From positions 2,666,001 to 2,730,000 of the forward strand of contig OZ218955.1 in assembly GCA_965112735.1 (NCBI GenBank): a stretch of 64,000 nt of DNA, given 5' to 3'. Below the pieces are notes generated by a model that was not told the origin of the DNA, ran no database searches, and saw nothing but the letters and a program-made list of their open reading frames with translations. This document shows positions 12,653 through 24,868 of the stretch, piece after piece. How positions within the stretch are numbered: the stretch's first letter is position 1; every line of letters starts with the position of its first letter. Both the position numbers and the translations under genes were made by a program. Source of the DNA: Phaeosaccion multiseriatum (Eukaryota; Protista; Ochrophyta, other classes).

Positions 12653-12715
12653 TAGGTTTCTCCCACATAACAACTCACGGCCTAAAAATAATAACACGAA
12701 TGGCGAGTTGTTATC
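12653..12715 (+). repeat. Right 63-bp direct repeat, identical to 8979-9041
   Basis: Base-for-base identical to the left copy; arms at 12667-12676 and 12705-12714. Confidence 0.97.
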
Positions 12716-12949
12716 GTAGACGGTAAAAGAAGGAGTTTAATCTTCCCCTTCGAAGCATTTCGGTTCCCCATTCCTCACAGCACGCCTTCGTCGAGAAGAA
12801 TAAAGAAACAGGGGCCAAGCGGAGGGACAAAAAGCCCTCAGCCTCACAAGAGGGAAGGGAAGGTCAAGGTCAAGAGGACAAGGAGGAGGCGGGGGAGGAG
12901 GAGGAGGGGGGGGGGAGGGGCGAGCAAACTTCACTTTTTCCCGGAGGCC

Positions 12950-14722
12950 ATGGCACCGGAAATGGCGGCCATCAACGAGAGGGAAGAGGCTAACCTCCTG
13001 GGCCCGCGAAAGGACGAGCAGAGGATGCGCGACGCCCGCGCAGCGTCACTCAAGCTCAAACGAGCGGTGGTGTTCGTGCTGATCTTCTTTGTGGTGGAGT
13101 GCGTGGGTGAGTGAGAGGGAGGGAGTGAGGGGTAAGGGAGGGTGGGAGAGAATCTTTAAGGGAGGGAGGGAGTGAGTGAGGGCGAGGGGCTTGGTGGTTG
13201 AGTGAATGAGGGAGTAAAAGTGAACGGGGTGAGTGGTATGTGAAGGAGTGAAAGAGAGAGGGAGTAAGTCTTACGAATCTCTCTACTGCTCTGTGTGGCA
13301 GGGATCGTCTTTTTGACTCTCTGCTTGATCCTTCCCCCTCCCCGCTGCAGGAAGAAGCGCCGCCTGTCCCCTGTTGCACCCCCCCCCCCCCCCCACCCAC
13401 CCTGCCCAACATTGACACTGATTGCACCCCTCAGTACTCTCCCCTCCACCCTCACCCCCGCCCCTTCCACCTCATTGCACCACTCAACACACCCACGCAC
13501 CCACACAGGCGGCATTTGGTCTGGCAGTCTTGCCATCCTCACCGACGCGGCGCACCTTCTCACCGATGTCTCGGGCTTCATCTTAGCCATCCTGGCGAGT
13601 GAGATTGCCATTGCGCCTTCGTCGGACCGTTTCACCTTTGGGTTCGCTCGGGCAGAGGTGCTCTCAGCCTTCGCCTCCACCTCCTTCATCCTCGTACTGT
13701 CTGCCTTCCTTATTTATTCTGCGGTAGGCCGAATCATCGCGTACGCCAGGGGTGGAGGGGAGGAGATTGACGGCAGGATGATGACCATTATTGCCTTCAT
13801 GGGCCTGCTTGTCAACTTGGCTCTCATCCTCATCCTGGGCCACGGGGACGGCGACCACGGGGGGGCCGGGGGCGGGCACAGCCACGGACACAGTCACGGC
13901 CACTGGGGGGGGGGGGAGGGTCATGGCCAGGCGGGGCACGGGGTTACTGAAAGGCATAGCAACCCGCGAGTAGTAGAGAGGAAGCAGGTGGGGCTAGCAG
14001 TTGGTGGTACAGTAGGCGGGGGGGGGCTCGGGGAGAGGACGCCATTAGTAGGCGGTGGGCAGTCTACAGCAGCAGCAGCAGCAGTAGCAGGAGGAGGAGG
14101 AGGAGGAGGAGGAGGAGTTGGTGACATCGCAGCAGCAGGGAACGGGGACACCTACAATGCCATTATTAGCGCGGCCGAGGAGGGCGGCGGGGGGCACGCT
14201 CACACAGAGCACGGGGAAGAGGACGCGCACGCACACACGCACGACCACGGCCACGACCACGGCCATGGCACAGGCACAGCTTCATTCTTAGGCTCAAGGT
14301 CAGAGGAAAGGACAGAGTCAGGGTCAGGGTCAGGGTCAGGGTCAGGGTCGGAGTCAGGGTCAGGGGCGGTGGAACATGGACATGCTTCGGCGCGCAACAT
14401 CAACGTGGAGGCCGCGGCTCTGCACGCCGTGACGGACATGTTGCAGTCTCTCGGGGTGCTCATCGCTGGCGTGCTCATTTGGTACAAGCCGGAGTGGAAG
14501 ATGGCGGATCCGGTGGTCACCATTTTGTTTGCGCTGTTTGTGTGCTATAGCACCAGGACGATTTTGGATGAGGCCTTGCACATGTTGCTGCAGGGGGCGC
14601 CCAAGGTGGGTGCGGTGTTTACGTCAATGGGTGGGTGGTGAATAAGTCAGTGGTTGGGGTGTGAGAAGAGGCGAGGCAGGTAGTCAGAGAGATGGACGGA
14701 CAGACGGACAGACGGACAGATC

Positions 14723-14759
<37 letters not shown>

Positions 14760-15271
14760 CTCTTCGCCTCACCCCGCTCCTCTCTCCCTCCCTCTCCCCT
14801 TACCCCCTCCCTCCCTCCCTCCCTCCCCTCCCCACCTTGCCTGCTCGGTGTCAGGACCTGGACACGAACCATCTCAAGGCGCAGATCCGCCAAGTGGAGG
14901 GCGTGCTGGACGTGCACTGTCTTCACGTGTGGAGCCTCACAGTTGGCAGGACGGTTTGCACCATGCACGTCAAGGTGAGTGAGTGAGCTCAACATGTCAC
15001 CGAAAGCGCATCGATATCTCTTGGTCACCAACCTGCAACTGAAACTGAAACAACAACCGAAACTCAAACTGAAAGAAACCTTCCCATATCACCACCATCA
15101 CAACAGGCCGGGGCGCAGAACAGCCCGCAGGACGACAACCGCGTGCTGGTGTCGGTGCATCGGCTGTGCGAGAAGGCAGGCATAGGCCACACCACAGTGC
15201 AGATCCAGAGGGTCAACTGCGTCGAGGCTTGCCAGGACCCCTGCGTCTCCAGCAGGTGCTCGGGTTGTTGA
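12950..15271 (+). CDS. Cation diffusion facilitator zinc transporter (ZnT2/MTP1-like), 4 exons
   Basis: FFVVECVG|GIWSGSLAILTDAAHLLTD, FTFGFARAEVL, His-rich loop, NINVEAAALHAVTDMLQSLGV, ADPVVT, HCLHVWSLTVG, GHTTVQIQ; stop TGA at 15269-15271. Confidence 0.92.
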
Positions 15272-15973
15272 TGTTGATGCTGACGCTGACACCGCTGAGC
15301 TACTGACAAGGAGGAGTGATGGACTGAGGGCCAGGGGAGGGCTTGAGAACTGCTGAGGAGGAAGGAGGACTGAGGAACTGAGGGGCAGGGGAGTGCAGAG
15401 CTAGCAAGCCACAGGGGTTACTGAGAGCTGAGGGCTGCTGACACACTGCTGAGCTGCTGAGAAGGAGGACTGGTTGAGCAAGTGCCAGGGGAGAGCTTAG
15501 GAACACTGCTGCTGGCTGAGTGCCAGGAAGTGCTGCGCACTGCTGCTGACTGCTGTCTAGGTAGGCCCTCCTCGTGTCTGTGTGCGGCGTCTGCAGGGAG
15601 GAAGGGAGGCAGGGAGGCGGGAAGGGCGGAGAGGCAGAGAGACAGGAAGCGCGGAGGGGTAGGGAGGCCGCGAGAAGGCCTCTCTCTCTCGCAGCCGCCG
15701 AAAGGGAAGACAAGGGTCAATAAGGAGAGAGGCAAGGAGGGAGACTCTTGGTTGCTGTGCTGGTAGGAGACAAGGAGACAGACACTTTGGTTGCTCTGCT
15801 GGCAAGCATCGATTTACGACCATCTATCAAATATATGTACTTACGCATATATCATAACACGAAGGAAGAGTGCGAACGTACGAAGGGACGAAGGGAGAAA
15901 TGTGCGGGCAGCAGCCTCGACCTCCTTCCCTGCCCCTCCCTTCCTTTCCCTTAGAAGAAGGTCTCTAATGACT

Positions 15974-18885
15974 TCAGAAGAAGGTCTCAATGGGTTTGAC
16001 ACCCAATCTCTTGGCCATGATGTTACTGACTCTCTTGAGCGCCCCGTGCTCCGTTGCCACTTGAGCATAGCTCAGCTTCACGGCGATGAGCTGCGTGGTG
16101 AGAGAGGCAATCTCTTCTCGGGCGGCCTTGATTTGTTGCGCAGGTGTCAGCGGCGGGTCGGCAGCACCACCACCGCCCTCACTGTTGCTGTTGTTGCGCG
16201 GCGAGGTTAGGGGACTGCTAATGTCTCGCACTATATCCGTGATTCCCTCCTTCATGTTGCTCACCGAGAACCGCCGTCGAACCCCCCTGCCCGCCGGACC
16301 ACCAACCCCACCACCACCACCACCACCACCACCACCACCACTACCGCCACCATTCGTCGGAGTCGAGGCCTCGTCCTCCTCCCCCTCTGTGTCACCGTCT
16401 ACCGTACCACCAACTGCTGAACCACCACCACCACCTGCTGCTGCTGCTGCTGCTGCTACCCCCTCTGCATTGTCCCCCCCAGAGCTGATGCCTCTGAGTC
16501 CATCTGAGACGATGGACCATCTTCTCCGACTCGCTGAGCGCACTTTCTTGACGGGCTCTCTCCCCTCTTCCCCCACCCCTCCTCCTCCTTCACCCCCATC
16601 AACGGAATCTTCGCCATCTGTTGCACTCCCCCCGGGGGGCTGTAGAGAGAGAAAGCGCGAGTGACAGAGAGAGAGAGTGTGTGTGTGAGACAGAGAGAGA
16701 GTGTGAGACAGACTGATAAGTGAGAGAGCGAGAATGAGAAAGAGGGGGAGAGAGAGAGAGCGAGAGAGCTGAGATGTTGAGACACAGTCAGCAGTTGAAA
16801 TCACACAAACAGCGGCCCTGTGCAAGTCTTTGCCAATTAAGACGGGAAGGACTTGCACGTAACATTACTAATGCCGGACCGCCTCACTCTACTCACCTTC
16901 GTGCTCGTCCGTTGAAATGGGTTGTCAAGGCCCAAGTCGTCTGCCCCTCCTCGCGAGCCCCGAGCACCTCGCCTACACACACACACACAGAGAGAGAGAG
17001 AAAGAGATGGTAGCAGACGGCCACAAGGGGGCGATGGATAGAGAGGCAGCGCGTGCGCGTGAGCGGGGAGGAGGAGGGAGGTACACACACACACACCATT
17101 TCCCACACCATTTCCCGTGCCTCTGGTCCCTTTCTTCCCTCTCTTGTTCGGAAGCTCTATCCCTCCTCTGAGAAGGGCAACAGAAGCAGGGAAAAGGAAG
17201 GCAGGCCGGCCGCGGAAGAAATGGAGCTTCCCCACCCCCTTATGACTCACCGGAAGATGGACGATCTACCCGAGGGGGAACGTGCTAGTCCACCTGGGCT
17301 TGTTGGAGCCCCCTCCTCCTCCCCACCGTCCGCTCCATCAGCAAGAGCAGCAGCAGAACTAGCAGTTGGTGATACGGGGGGCATGCCCGCCATCACCCCC
17401 CTCGGCGAGGGAGGGGGAAGCCCCTTCCCCCCCCCCTGCCCCTGCGCCTGCAAGCCCAGCAGCTGCCTTGGGCTGTTGACGGAGCGGGAGTACTGATGGC
17501 CTCTGCCCGAGGGGGACGTCTGCGGCTCCGACGGCGATGGTCCGACGGTGGAGGAGAGCTGTCCAGAAGACAGCACCCCACGGCGGTGAGAAGGCCGCCC
17601 CTCTGACAGCCCATATGACTGCCGCTGCTGCGGAGAGAAAGCGCCAACGACAGTGGCCGAGGGGGAGGACGGGGAAGAGGCAGTGGAGGAGAAGGAAGAC
17701 AACCCTGCCGGGGGGGTACTCGCCCTGCCGCTGGTTCCACCGTTGGCTCCGGCTATGTCATGTTCCAGCTGCGCGATGTTGTCGCTGAGGCCGCTGCATA
17801 CGCTGTAATCCTGATCGTCGTCGCCAAGCAGCATGCACGAGATTTTGAAGGAGACCGCGGCGTCGGGCACCAGGAAGCGTTGGAGGGGGAGCTCGACCTA
17901 GGGTTTCGGTGTGTTCGATATGTGGATTCGAGAGATGGAGAGGTGTGGGGCTTTAGCTAAGATGGAAGCGGTCACGACGGTTATAGAGGGCGGGGTGATA
18001 GGCCCAAAAGCGAGGAAAGAAGGCAGGAAGGAATGGGGAGAACTGAGAGAAACAGAGGGGTGCCGAGGAGGAGGAGAAGAAGAAGTCGACGGGGCTGGAG
18101 GAGAGGCGACTGACTCACGCTGACGGGCTCGAAAGACACATATTTGTCCAGCCTGAGGGGGATGAAGCCCACGGCCTTGAGTTGACTGGAGGAGGCGGTC
18201 TTGCGGTGCATCACAGTTAGCTTGGCGTCCTGCACCGTGCAAGAGAGAGAGAGAGAGAGAGAGACAGAAGCACGACAGTAAGAGCGTGAGGAGAGCAAGA
18301 AGAATAGCAAACACGAAGAGGAGCAAGAGCAATAACCAGAAAAAGGGGCGTGGTGCGAAAAGGCAAGTTGAGTTCAGACCAGCCGCGTGCTCACGTCGAC
18401 GGGCCTGCTGCTGCCCGCTGCTACTGCTGGTGTTGATGCTGCTGGTGCTGCTAGTGCCACTGTTGCTGCTCTCCTACCTTACCTTTCTGAGGAAGGTGTT
18501 GTCCCTGCTGTCCTGATAGAGCGTGGCGTGTACTTCCAGGCTTTCTCCATTGAAGTCCACCCGTCCGTGCCGAGAGATGGCGTCGGTGGAGAGCACTCGT
18601 CGGGTGCCTCGCTCCAGCTCCAGCGCCAGGAAGCTGCCTTCAGGGAGGCTGGGAAGGGGGCGAGTAGTGTAAGGAGGAAGGTGAAGGGAAAGGAGTGAGA
18701 GGTGGAGTGAGCAGGCAAGTCTCGTGGGGTGATGCCAGCTGATTGAGGGAAGAGGAAGTACATTATTCTGCAGAGCAAGGTCTTGGACGGGCCACTGACC
18801 TTGGAGTGGACGGGTACGACACGTGGCTGAGCTCGACCACAAACCTGGCCTTCTGCTTGCCCACCTTCTTCCCAACCCGACGCAT
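15974..18885 (-). CDS. NT-C2 (EEIG1/EHBP1-type C2) domain protein with disordered middle and C-terminal coiled coil
   Basis: MRRVGKKVGKQKARFVVELSHV, LELERGTRR...VDFNGESLEVHATLYQD..FLRK|DAKLTV...VGFIPLRLDKYV; C-terminal helix AQQIKAAREEIASLTTQLIAVKLSYAQ. Confidence 0.7.
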
Positions 18886-19667
18886 GCTGCTTCCGCCCCT
18901 CTCCAGCCGCGATCGACCACACCTGCCTGCGGGTCTGTAGCTGTTAACTCTTTACTCAGCCCTTCTTCTGCTGCTAACCATGGTCTTTTCAGTGCTGGGG
19001 CTTGGGTGCATGCATGTTGCTCTCGCGCACAATGTCCAGGGTTTCGAGTTGAAGCGTCCTCTTCTCCTCTTCTCAGACGCTGAACAGACCGCCTGCGAGA
19101 AACCCGAGGCAGTACCTGCGGCTCACTTCAGCTGTGGAGCTATGGTCTCGGTATGCTCTTGCGCCCACGTTCCTCTCGTTTTGTGTCATCTCGGGTTAAT
19201 TTCTTTCGAGAAGAGTCTCCCTCCTGCTCCTTCCCTGTAACAGCCCAGATGAAGATCAGCACCAGGCTATACAGCTATTTTTTCTTCTGATGCTGGTACT
19301 GCTGCTGGGGCGGCCTTCCGTCAGCTGAGATGATGAAATTCAGAGCAACAGATCGCGCGCGCCCCGCGCCCGCGTGCAACAGTAACAGCAACGCTCACAG
19401 ATGGCACAATCGAACAACTTTTTTTTTTTTTTTTTTCTTGGGCGCGCTTCCACTTTATAAGCTCTTGAGCGTAACAGAGCAGGGAGCAGACAATGTAGGC
19501 CCTGACAACCCTGACGGACAAGTTGAATCAGCCGTGCCTGTTTTGTCGGAGCCCTATCGTTCGCCGTTAATCGCTCCTCCTCCTTTTCTCTCCCTCTCTC
19601 TCCCTCCCCACCCCCCTCGCTGACTCACTGACTCAGCATTTAGTTTATGCGCCTGGCGGCCTTCAGC

Positions 19668-22600
19668 ATGGTCGCTACCACCACTTCTGTCGTGTGGTTT
19701 AGGAAGGCTTTGCGCCTCCACGACAACGCGGCTCTCCTGAAGGCTGTTGGCGACTGCAAAGCCGACCATGTGTTGCCCGTCTTCTTCTGTGATCCTCGCT
19801 TCCTCGATGGAGACAGGTGCGCGTAGGGGAAGAGGGCCCCGGAGAAGCGGGAGAAGAGAGGTGAAGAGAGGCATGGTGTGGTGTATGAGATGATATACGT
19901 ACGTTTGGGTCAAACGGATGGAGGCTCAGCGACCAAGCGAACTCCTCACACCTGCCTCCCATACGCCTGACCATATGCATGCCTGCAGATTCGCCCCTCA
20001 CCGCCTGCAGTTCTTGCTGGAGTGTCTACAAGACGTGCACGAGCAGCTCAGGGACTTAGGCTCTGGCCTTATCTTGCTGCCTGTGAGTGAGTAGTGAGAG
20101 AAGCAAGTCAGCCGGGGTCTCCAAGCTGGGGTGAATGCAGGGGCATGTTGACATCGCGGACTAGCAGCCAACCGCGAATAACGTGTTGGACGAGCAAGAG
20201 GAACAAGAACACTCTCGACCGTGATGCCTCTCCTGCTGTGAAGCTGCCCTCTGACGGTGTTGTGTTTGTTCTGTGCATCCCTCGGCCGCACGCCTCACCC
20301 CACACTGTCCCGTCTATAATCAACAACAGGGGGAGCCGGAGAACGGCGGGATGGAGGCTGTTTTCCGGCCCGAGGGGGTGGAGAGTGACAAGATATGCGC
20401 CGTTTGTTACGAGAAAGATACTGTGTCTCCCTTCGGCAAGGAGCGAGACGCGGCAGTGGATGCGTTAGCCAAGAGTCTCGACATTGCAACTCACCGCTGC
20501 CACGGTCACACTCTGTACGACCCGGACGTGCTCTTAAAGGGCGGTGTGCAGGCGCCAAAAACTTACGTATCCTTTCGTAAGATGATCGAGAAGCAGAAGG
20601 AGTGCCCGAGGCCGAAGGACGCCCCAACGTCCATGCCCCCCCTGCCCCCCTGGGTTGAGCAAGTGCGCGTGGAGATGCCCAGGACCGTGGAGGAGATGAT
20701 CGCCCTCAGCAAGGGCAACGGGAGGAGGAGGCAGGAGGGCAAGGTGAGCAAGGAAGGAAGGCGTATATGCTGGGAAGCAGGAAGAAGGGAAAGGAGGGGG
20801 GGTGAGACACGTGGCATGAATGGGCATCTATTGAGTTCCCTTGGCGGCGAGGTGGGATGGGACTCGTCGTCGGAGGCTTGACTGTTGTGAGATAAAGATG
20901 ACGTAGGCGAGCTGACTTTGTCTGCGTGTTTGTGAGTGTGCTGCGAAGTCGGTATGACACGGTCTTCACTAACTGCGAGGAAGGTCCAAGACAGCACCGC
21001 CTTTTGCATCCTCTTCGACGATGCGCTTGACGCCTTCCCTATCTCCCTCCCTCCCTCCCTCCCTCCCTCCCTCCCTCCCTCCCTCCCTCCCTCCCTCCCT
21101 CCCTCCCTCCCTCCCTCCCTCCCTCTCTCACACTCATTCCTCTCCCTACTGCTCTACGAAAGGATGGCGGAGGAGGGGCAAGCGAAGGCATCAAGGCTGA
21201 AGAGAGTGAAGAGAGCAGCAGCACCGCTATCGTGAGGGGCGGAGAGAGAAGGGCCCTTAAGCGGCTCAAAGCCTTTGTAGAGGACCGCCCCAAGTGGGTA
21301 GTGAAGTTCGCCAAACCCGATTCGAACCCGCAGACTCAACCGAAGCCAGGTGCGTACACAAGGTCCTACTTGAGAAGCGAGCACCTCCTCTCTCCACTCC
21401 GCGCGTCACAGCCCGTTATTAGCCGGTTATTAGCCGATATTTTGTTGCGCCTTGCTTCGCGCACGCCCCCCTCTCTCTGTGTGTCTCTTCGACCTCGTCT
21501 GCATGTCTCTCTCCATACTCATCTCTCTGACTCTCTCTCTCGCACACACCTCTCCCCCCCCCCCCCCTCCCTCCCTCCCTCCCTCCCTCCCTCCCTCCCT
21601 CCCCGCTCTTCCGCTCATGCAGGCGCAGACGGAACGACGGCTTTGTCCCCGTACATGAGCCACGGAGCTTTGTCGGCTCGCACCTTCTTCCACGCTGTCG
21701 TGGACGCTCAGAAGAACGCCAAGGGAATCGGTGCGTGTGGGGCGGGTAGGCGGGGAGGGAGGGCGGTAGGTGGGCAAGCTTTACTATCTGATGCCTGGGG
21801 CCATCCAGTGCCGTCTTGTGCCACTTGATGCCATCCGACCATCTCATCTGATTTGTGACTGACTCTCTCTCTCTCGCCGTCCTCTGTCCTGACACCTTGC
21901 ATGTTGCAGCCCCCACGGAGCCCCCTGTGTCTCTGATTGGACAGCTCCTATTTAGAGACTTCTTCTACACGGTGGCCTCGGACTGCCCCAACTTCAACAG
22001 GATGGAGGGAAACCCTATCTGTAAGCAGGTAAGAAGAGTAAGAGTAGCAAGAGTAAGGGGGTGAGTGGTATGGTATGAGTCCATCACCCCCCCTCCCCCA
22101 CCAGCAAGGAGGTGTAACGGCCAGTGCCCTTGGGCCCATGAAAGTGTTCCGTGTTTTTTCTCTGCCTGCCTCCTCTGGCCTATAGTTGTTCCCTACCCTG
22201 TCCTGTTTTCTGACCTGCACTCTTTCTTGCCTGCTCAGCTGGACTGGGGGGCGCGGCATGGAGATGAGGAGGAGCAGCTCAAGGCGTGGCAGGAGGGGAG
22301 GTAAGGCAACCCCGAGAAGTGAAGTGAAACTTTTTTTTCTGATGCCCATTTATTATTGCCCTCTCAGTGGCTTTGAATGCTCCAGAGGCAAAAGGCAGTG
22401 CACGCACGCACTTCATCACATGCTTGCCCCCCTCCTCTTCCAGAGAATTTCAGTTTTAGGGCCTACCTTGGGAACGAACGCTGACCGCACACACCCGCAC
22501 GCCCTGCCCCACTCTCTATGTACTGTGCCCCAATTGCTATGATCGTTACTATGCACCTAACGCTGCCTTCTATATGCCTATATGCTTCTCATCTAGGGTA

Positions 22601-24364
22601 TCTTGATGATGCTCTTACAGCATGTATGCTCTGACGTATGTGCATGTTACGTATGTATGACGTATGCTTCTCATCTATGTGCTTGTTGCATCAGGACGGG
22701 CTACCCTTGGATTGACGCAGCCATGACTCAGCTCAGGCAGGAGGGATGGATGCACCACCTCGCCAGGCACAGCGTGGCCTGCTTCCTCACAAGGGGGGAC
22801 CTCTGGATCAGCTGGGAGAAGGGCGCACAGCACTTCGAGGTGTGTGTGTGTGTGTGTGTGTGTGCATCAATTGGGAGGAGGAGAAGAGGGATGGCAGTGG
22901 ATGGAGGAGAAGAGGGATGGTAGTGGATGGAGGAGAAGAGGGATGGCAGTGGATGGAGAAGAAGAGGGATGGCAGTGCATGGAGGAGAAGAGGGATGGCA
23001 GTGGATGGAGGAGAAGAGGGATGGCAGAGGGTTTCGGCGGATAAAATGAGGAGCATGGCAGCGGAGTAAGGAGAAGGAAGCGGGGGCCTCGTATGTCGAT
23101 ACGTGCCGCATGTGTCCGTCTCTGTCTCTGTCTGTGTCTGTGTCTGTGTCTGGCGAGAATTGCCCCCTCCCCTCCCCTCCCCATCCCTCCGTTCACTCAT
23201 ATGTTGGCGCCGCCCCGCTGCCTCCCCCCCCCCCCCACCCTCCTTCTCCTCCTCCTTCAGCGCTACCTGCTGGACGGAGACTGGGTGCTGAACTCCGCCA
23301 ACTGGATGTGGCTGTCAGCCTCAGCCTTCTTCCATAAGGTGGGCCCCTTGCTCTCTCTCACACTCTCACCCCCTCACTCCCACCCTCTCCCCCCTCACCC
23401 ACCCACCCACCCACCTACCCACCTACCCGCCTACCCATCGACCCACCCATCCACCCACCCACCCACGTGCGTGTGCATGATGCACGAGTGTGCCTGACTC
23501 TCTCTCTTCTCTCTCTCTGGCCCAATCCGCCCCTCTCCCCTTCTGATCACACAGTACTGGCATGTGTACTCACCCCTGACGTTTGGCAAGAAGTACGACA
23601 AGAGCGGTGCCTACATCCGGCGCTACCTCCCCGCCCTCAAGAACATGCCCGACAAGTACATTTACGAGCCGTGGAAGGCCCCCGAGGGCGTGCAGAAGAA
23701 GGTGAGGGTAGGGGGAGGGAGGGGAGGAGGGAGAGAGGAGGGAAGGGTGGGAGGGAGACTTAGGCAGAGGGAAGGGGGAGGGGTGGAGGGAAGGAGGAAG
23801 GGAGCGAGCGAGGTTGATCGTTCGTGTTTAGGGAGAGTGACTCTCTCGTGGACGGCAAGCGGTCTGGTCGCCCTGCTCGCAGCTTTGTCTCTGTCGGTCT
23901 CTCCCTCTCCCTCTCCGTCTCCCTCTCCCTCTTCCTCTCCCTCTTCCTCTCCCTCTTCCTCTCACTCTCCCTTTCCCTCTCACTCTCCCTCTCACTCTCC
24001 GTCTCCCTCTCCCTGTCCCTCTCCTTTCCTCCCTCTCCCTGTCCCTCTCCCTCTCCCTCTCTCCCTTCTCTCTATACACCCATCCTTTGTAATCAAACAA
24101 GTCCCCCCCCCCCCCCGCCCCGTGCCCTTCCTCCCCCCTCCCCCCCCCCAGGCGGGCTGCATCATCGGCCGGGACTACCCTCACCCCATTGTGGATCACA
24201 GCGAGGCCTCCAAGGACAATCAGGCCCACTTCAAGAGCCTAAACCAAACGGGGGAGGGGGGGGGGGAGAAGCCATCCAATGCGACCAGTGGGAAGAGAAG
24301 CAGCAGCAGCGGTGGCAGTAGCAGCAGCAACAGGGGGGGCGCTAAGCGAAGCAAAGAAGCGTAA
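19668..24364 (+). CDS. Cryptochrome/photolyase family protein, (6-4) photolyase/animal-like CRY (CPF1-type), multi-exon
   Basis: [130 protein letters not shown]. Confidence 0.95.
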
Positions 24365-24868
24365 GCCGAGCGGCGGCAGGGAGGCAGGGAGGCAGGGAGT
24401 CAATGAGAGAAGCACACGCTCACTTGCCGTCAACCGTGTCTCCAACCATCGCTTGCCGTCGAGCTTCGCTCCGCCGTCTGTCCTGTTGTGCGCCCCCTCC
24501 ATTGCCCTCTGTGGCGCAACGTGTGAGCCCCTCTCTCTGGGTGTGTCTCGAGGCTTCCCTCGCTTACTCTTTTTCGACCTCTTCGAAGCGGCGTGGGTCT
24601 AACACTGCCAAAGAGGCGGGTCACCGCGGAGGCCTCCTCGAAATCGGAGGCCTTCCCAAACTTTGTAAGCACACCGCAGCCACACAAAACGCAGCCACCC
24701 ACACACACACCGCAGCCACACATCGCAGCACGCCTGCCTGCCAGTACCTCCTATCTCATCTTGATCAGCAAGATACGCTGTAGCACCTCTGTTGCAGTGA
24801 CTCAAGCGTCGGGATGGACTGCTGTCGTGCTTGAGCCGTCCTCCCGCCCCAAGCCATCTTTAGGCGCC

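Larger units (their letters stand above)
8979..12715 (+). mobile_element. Crypton-type (CryptonS-like) tyrosine-recombinase DNA transposon bounded by 63-bp direct repeats
   Basis: Contains a YR gene; exact 63-bp direct repeats at 8979-9041 and 12653-12715; AT-rich subterminal regions with paired hairpin motifs; lies between two divergent host genes. Confidence 0.85.

Noticed and set aside
8979-12715. LTR, DIRS or Ngaro retroelement, or bacterial integron cassette
   Set aside because: No RT, RNase H or gag; the YR gene has a spliceosomal intron; the 63-mer does not match the RYYYAAC/GTTRRRY attC consensus.
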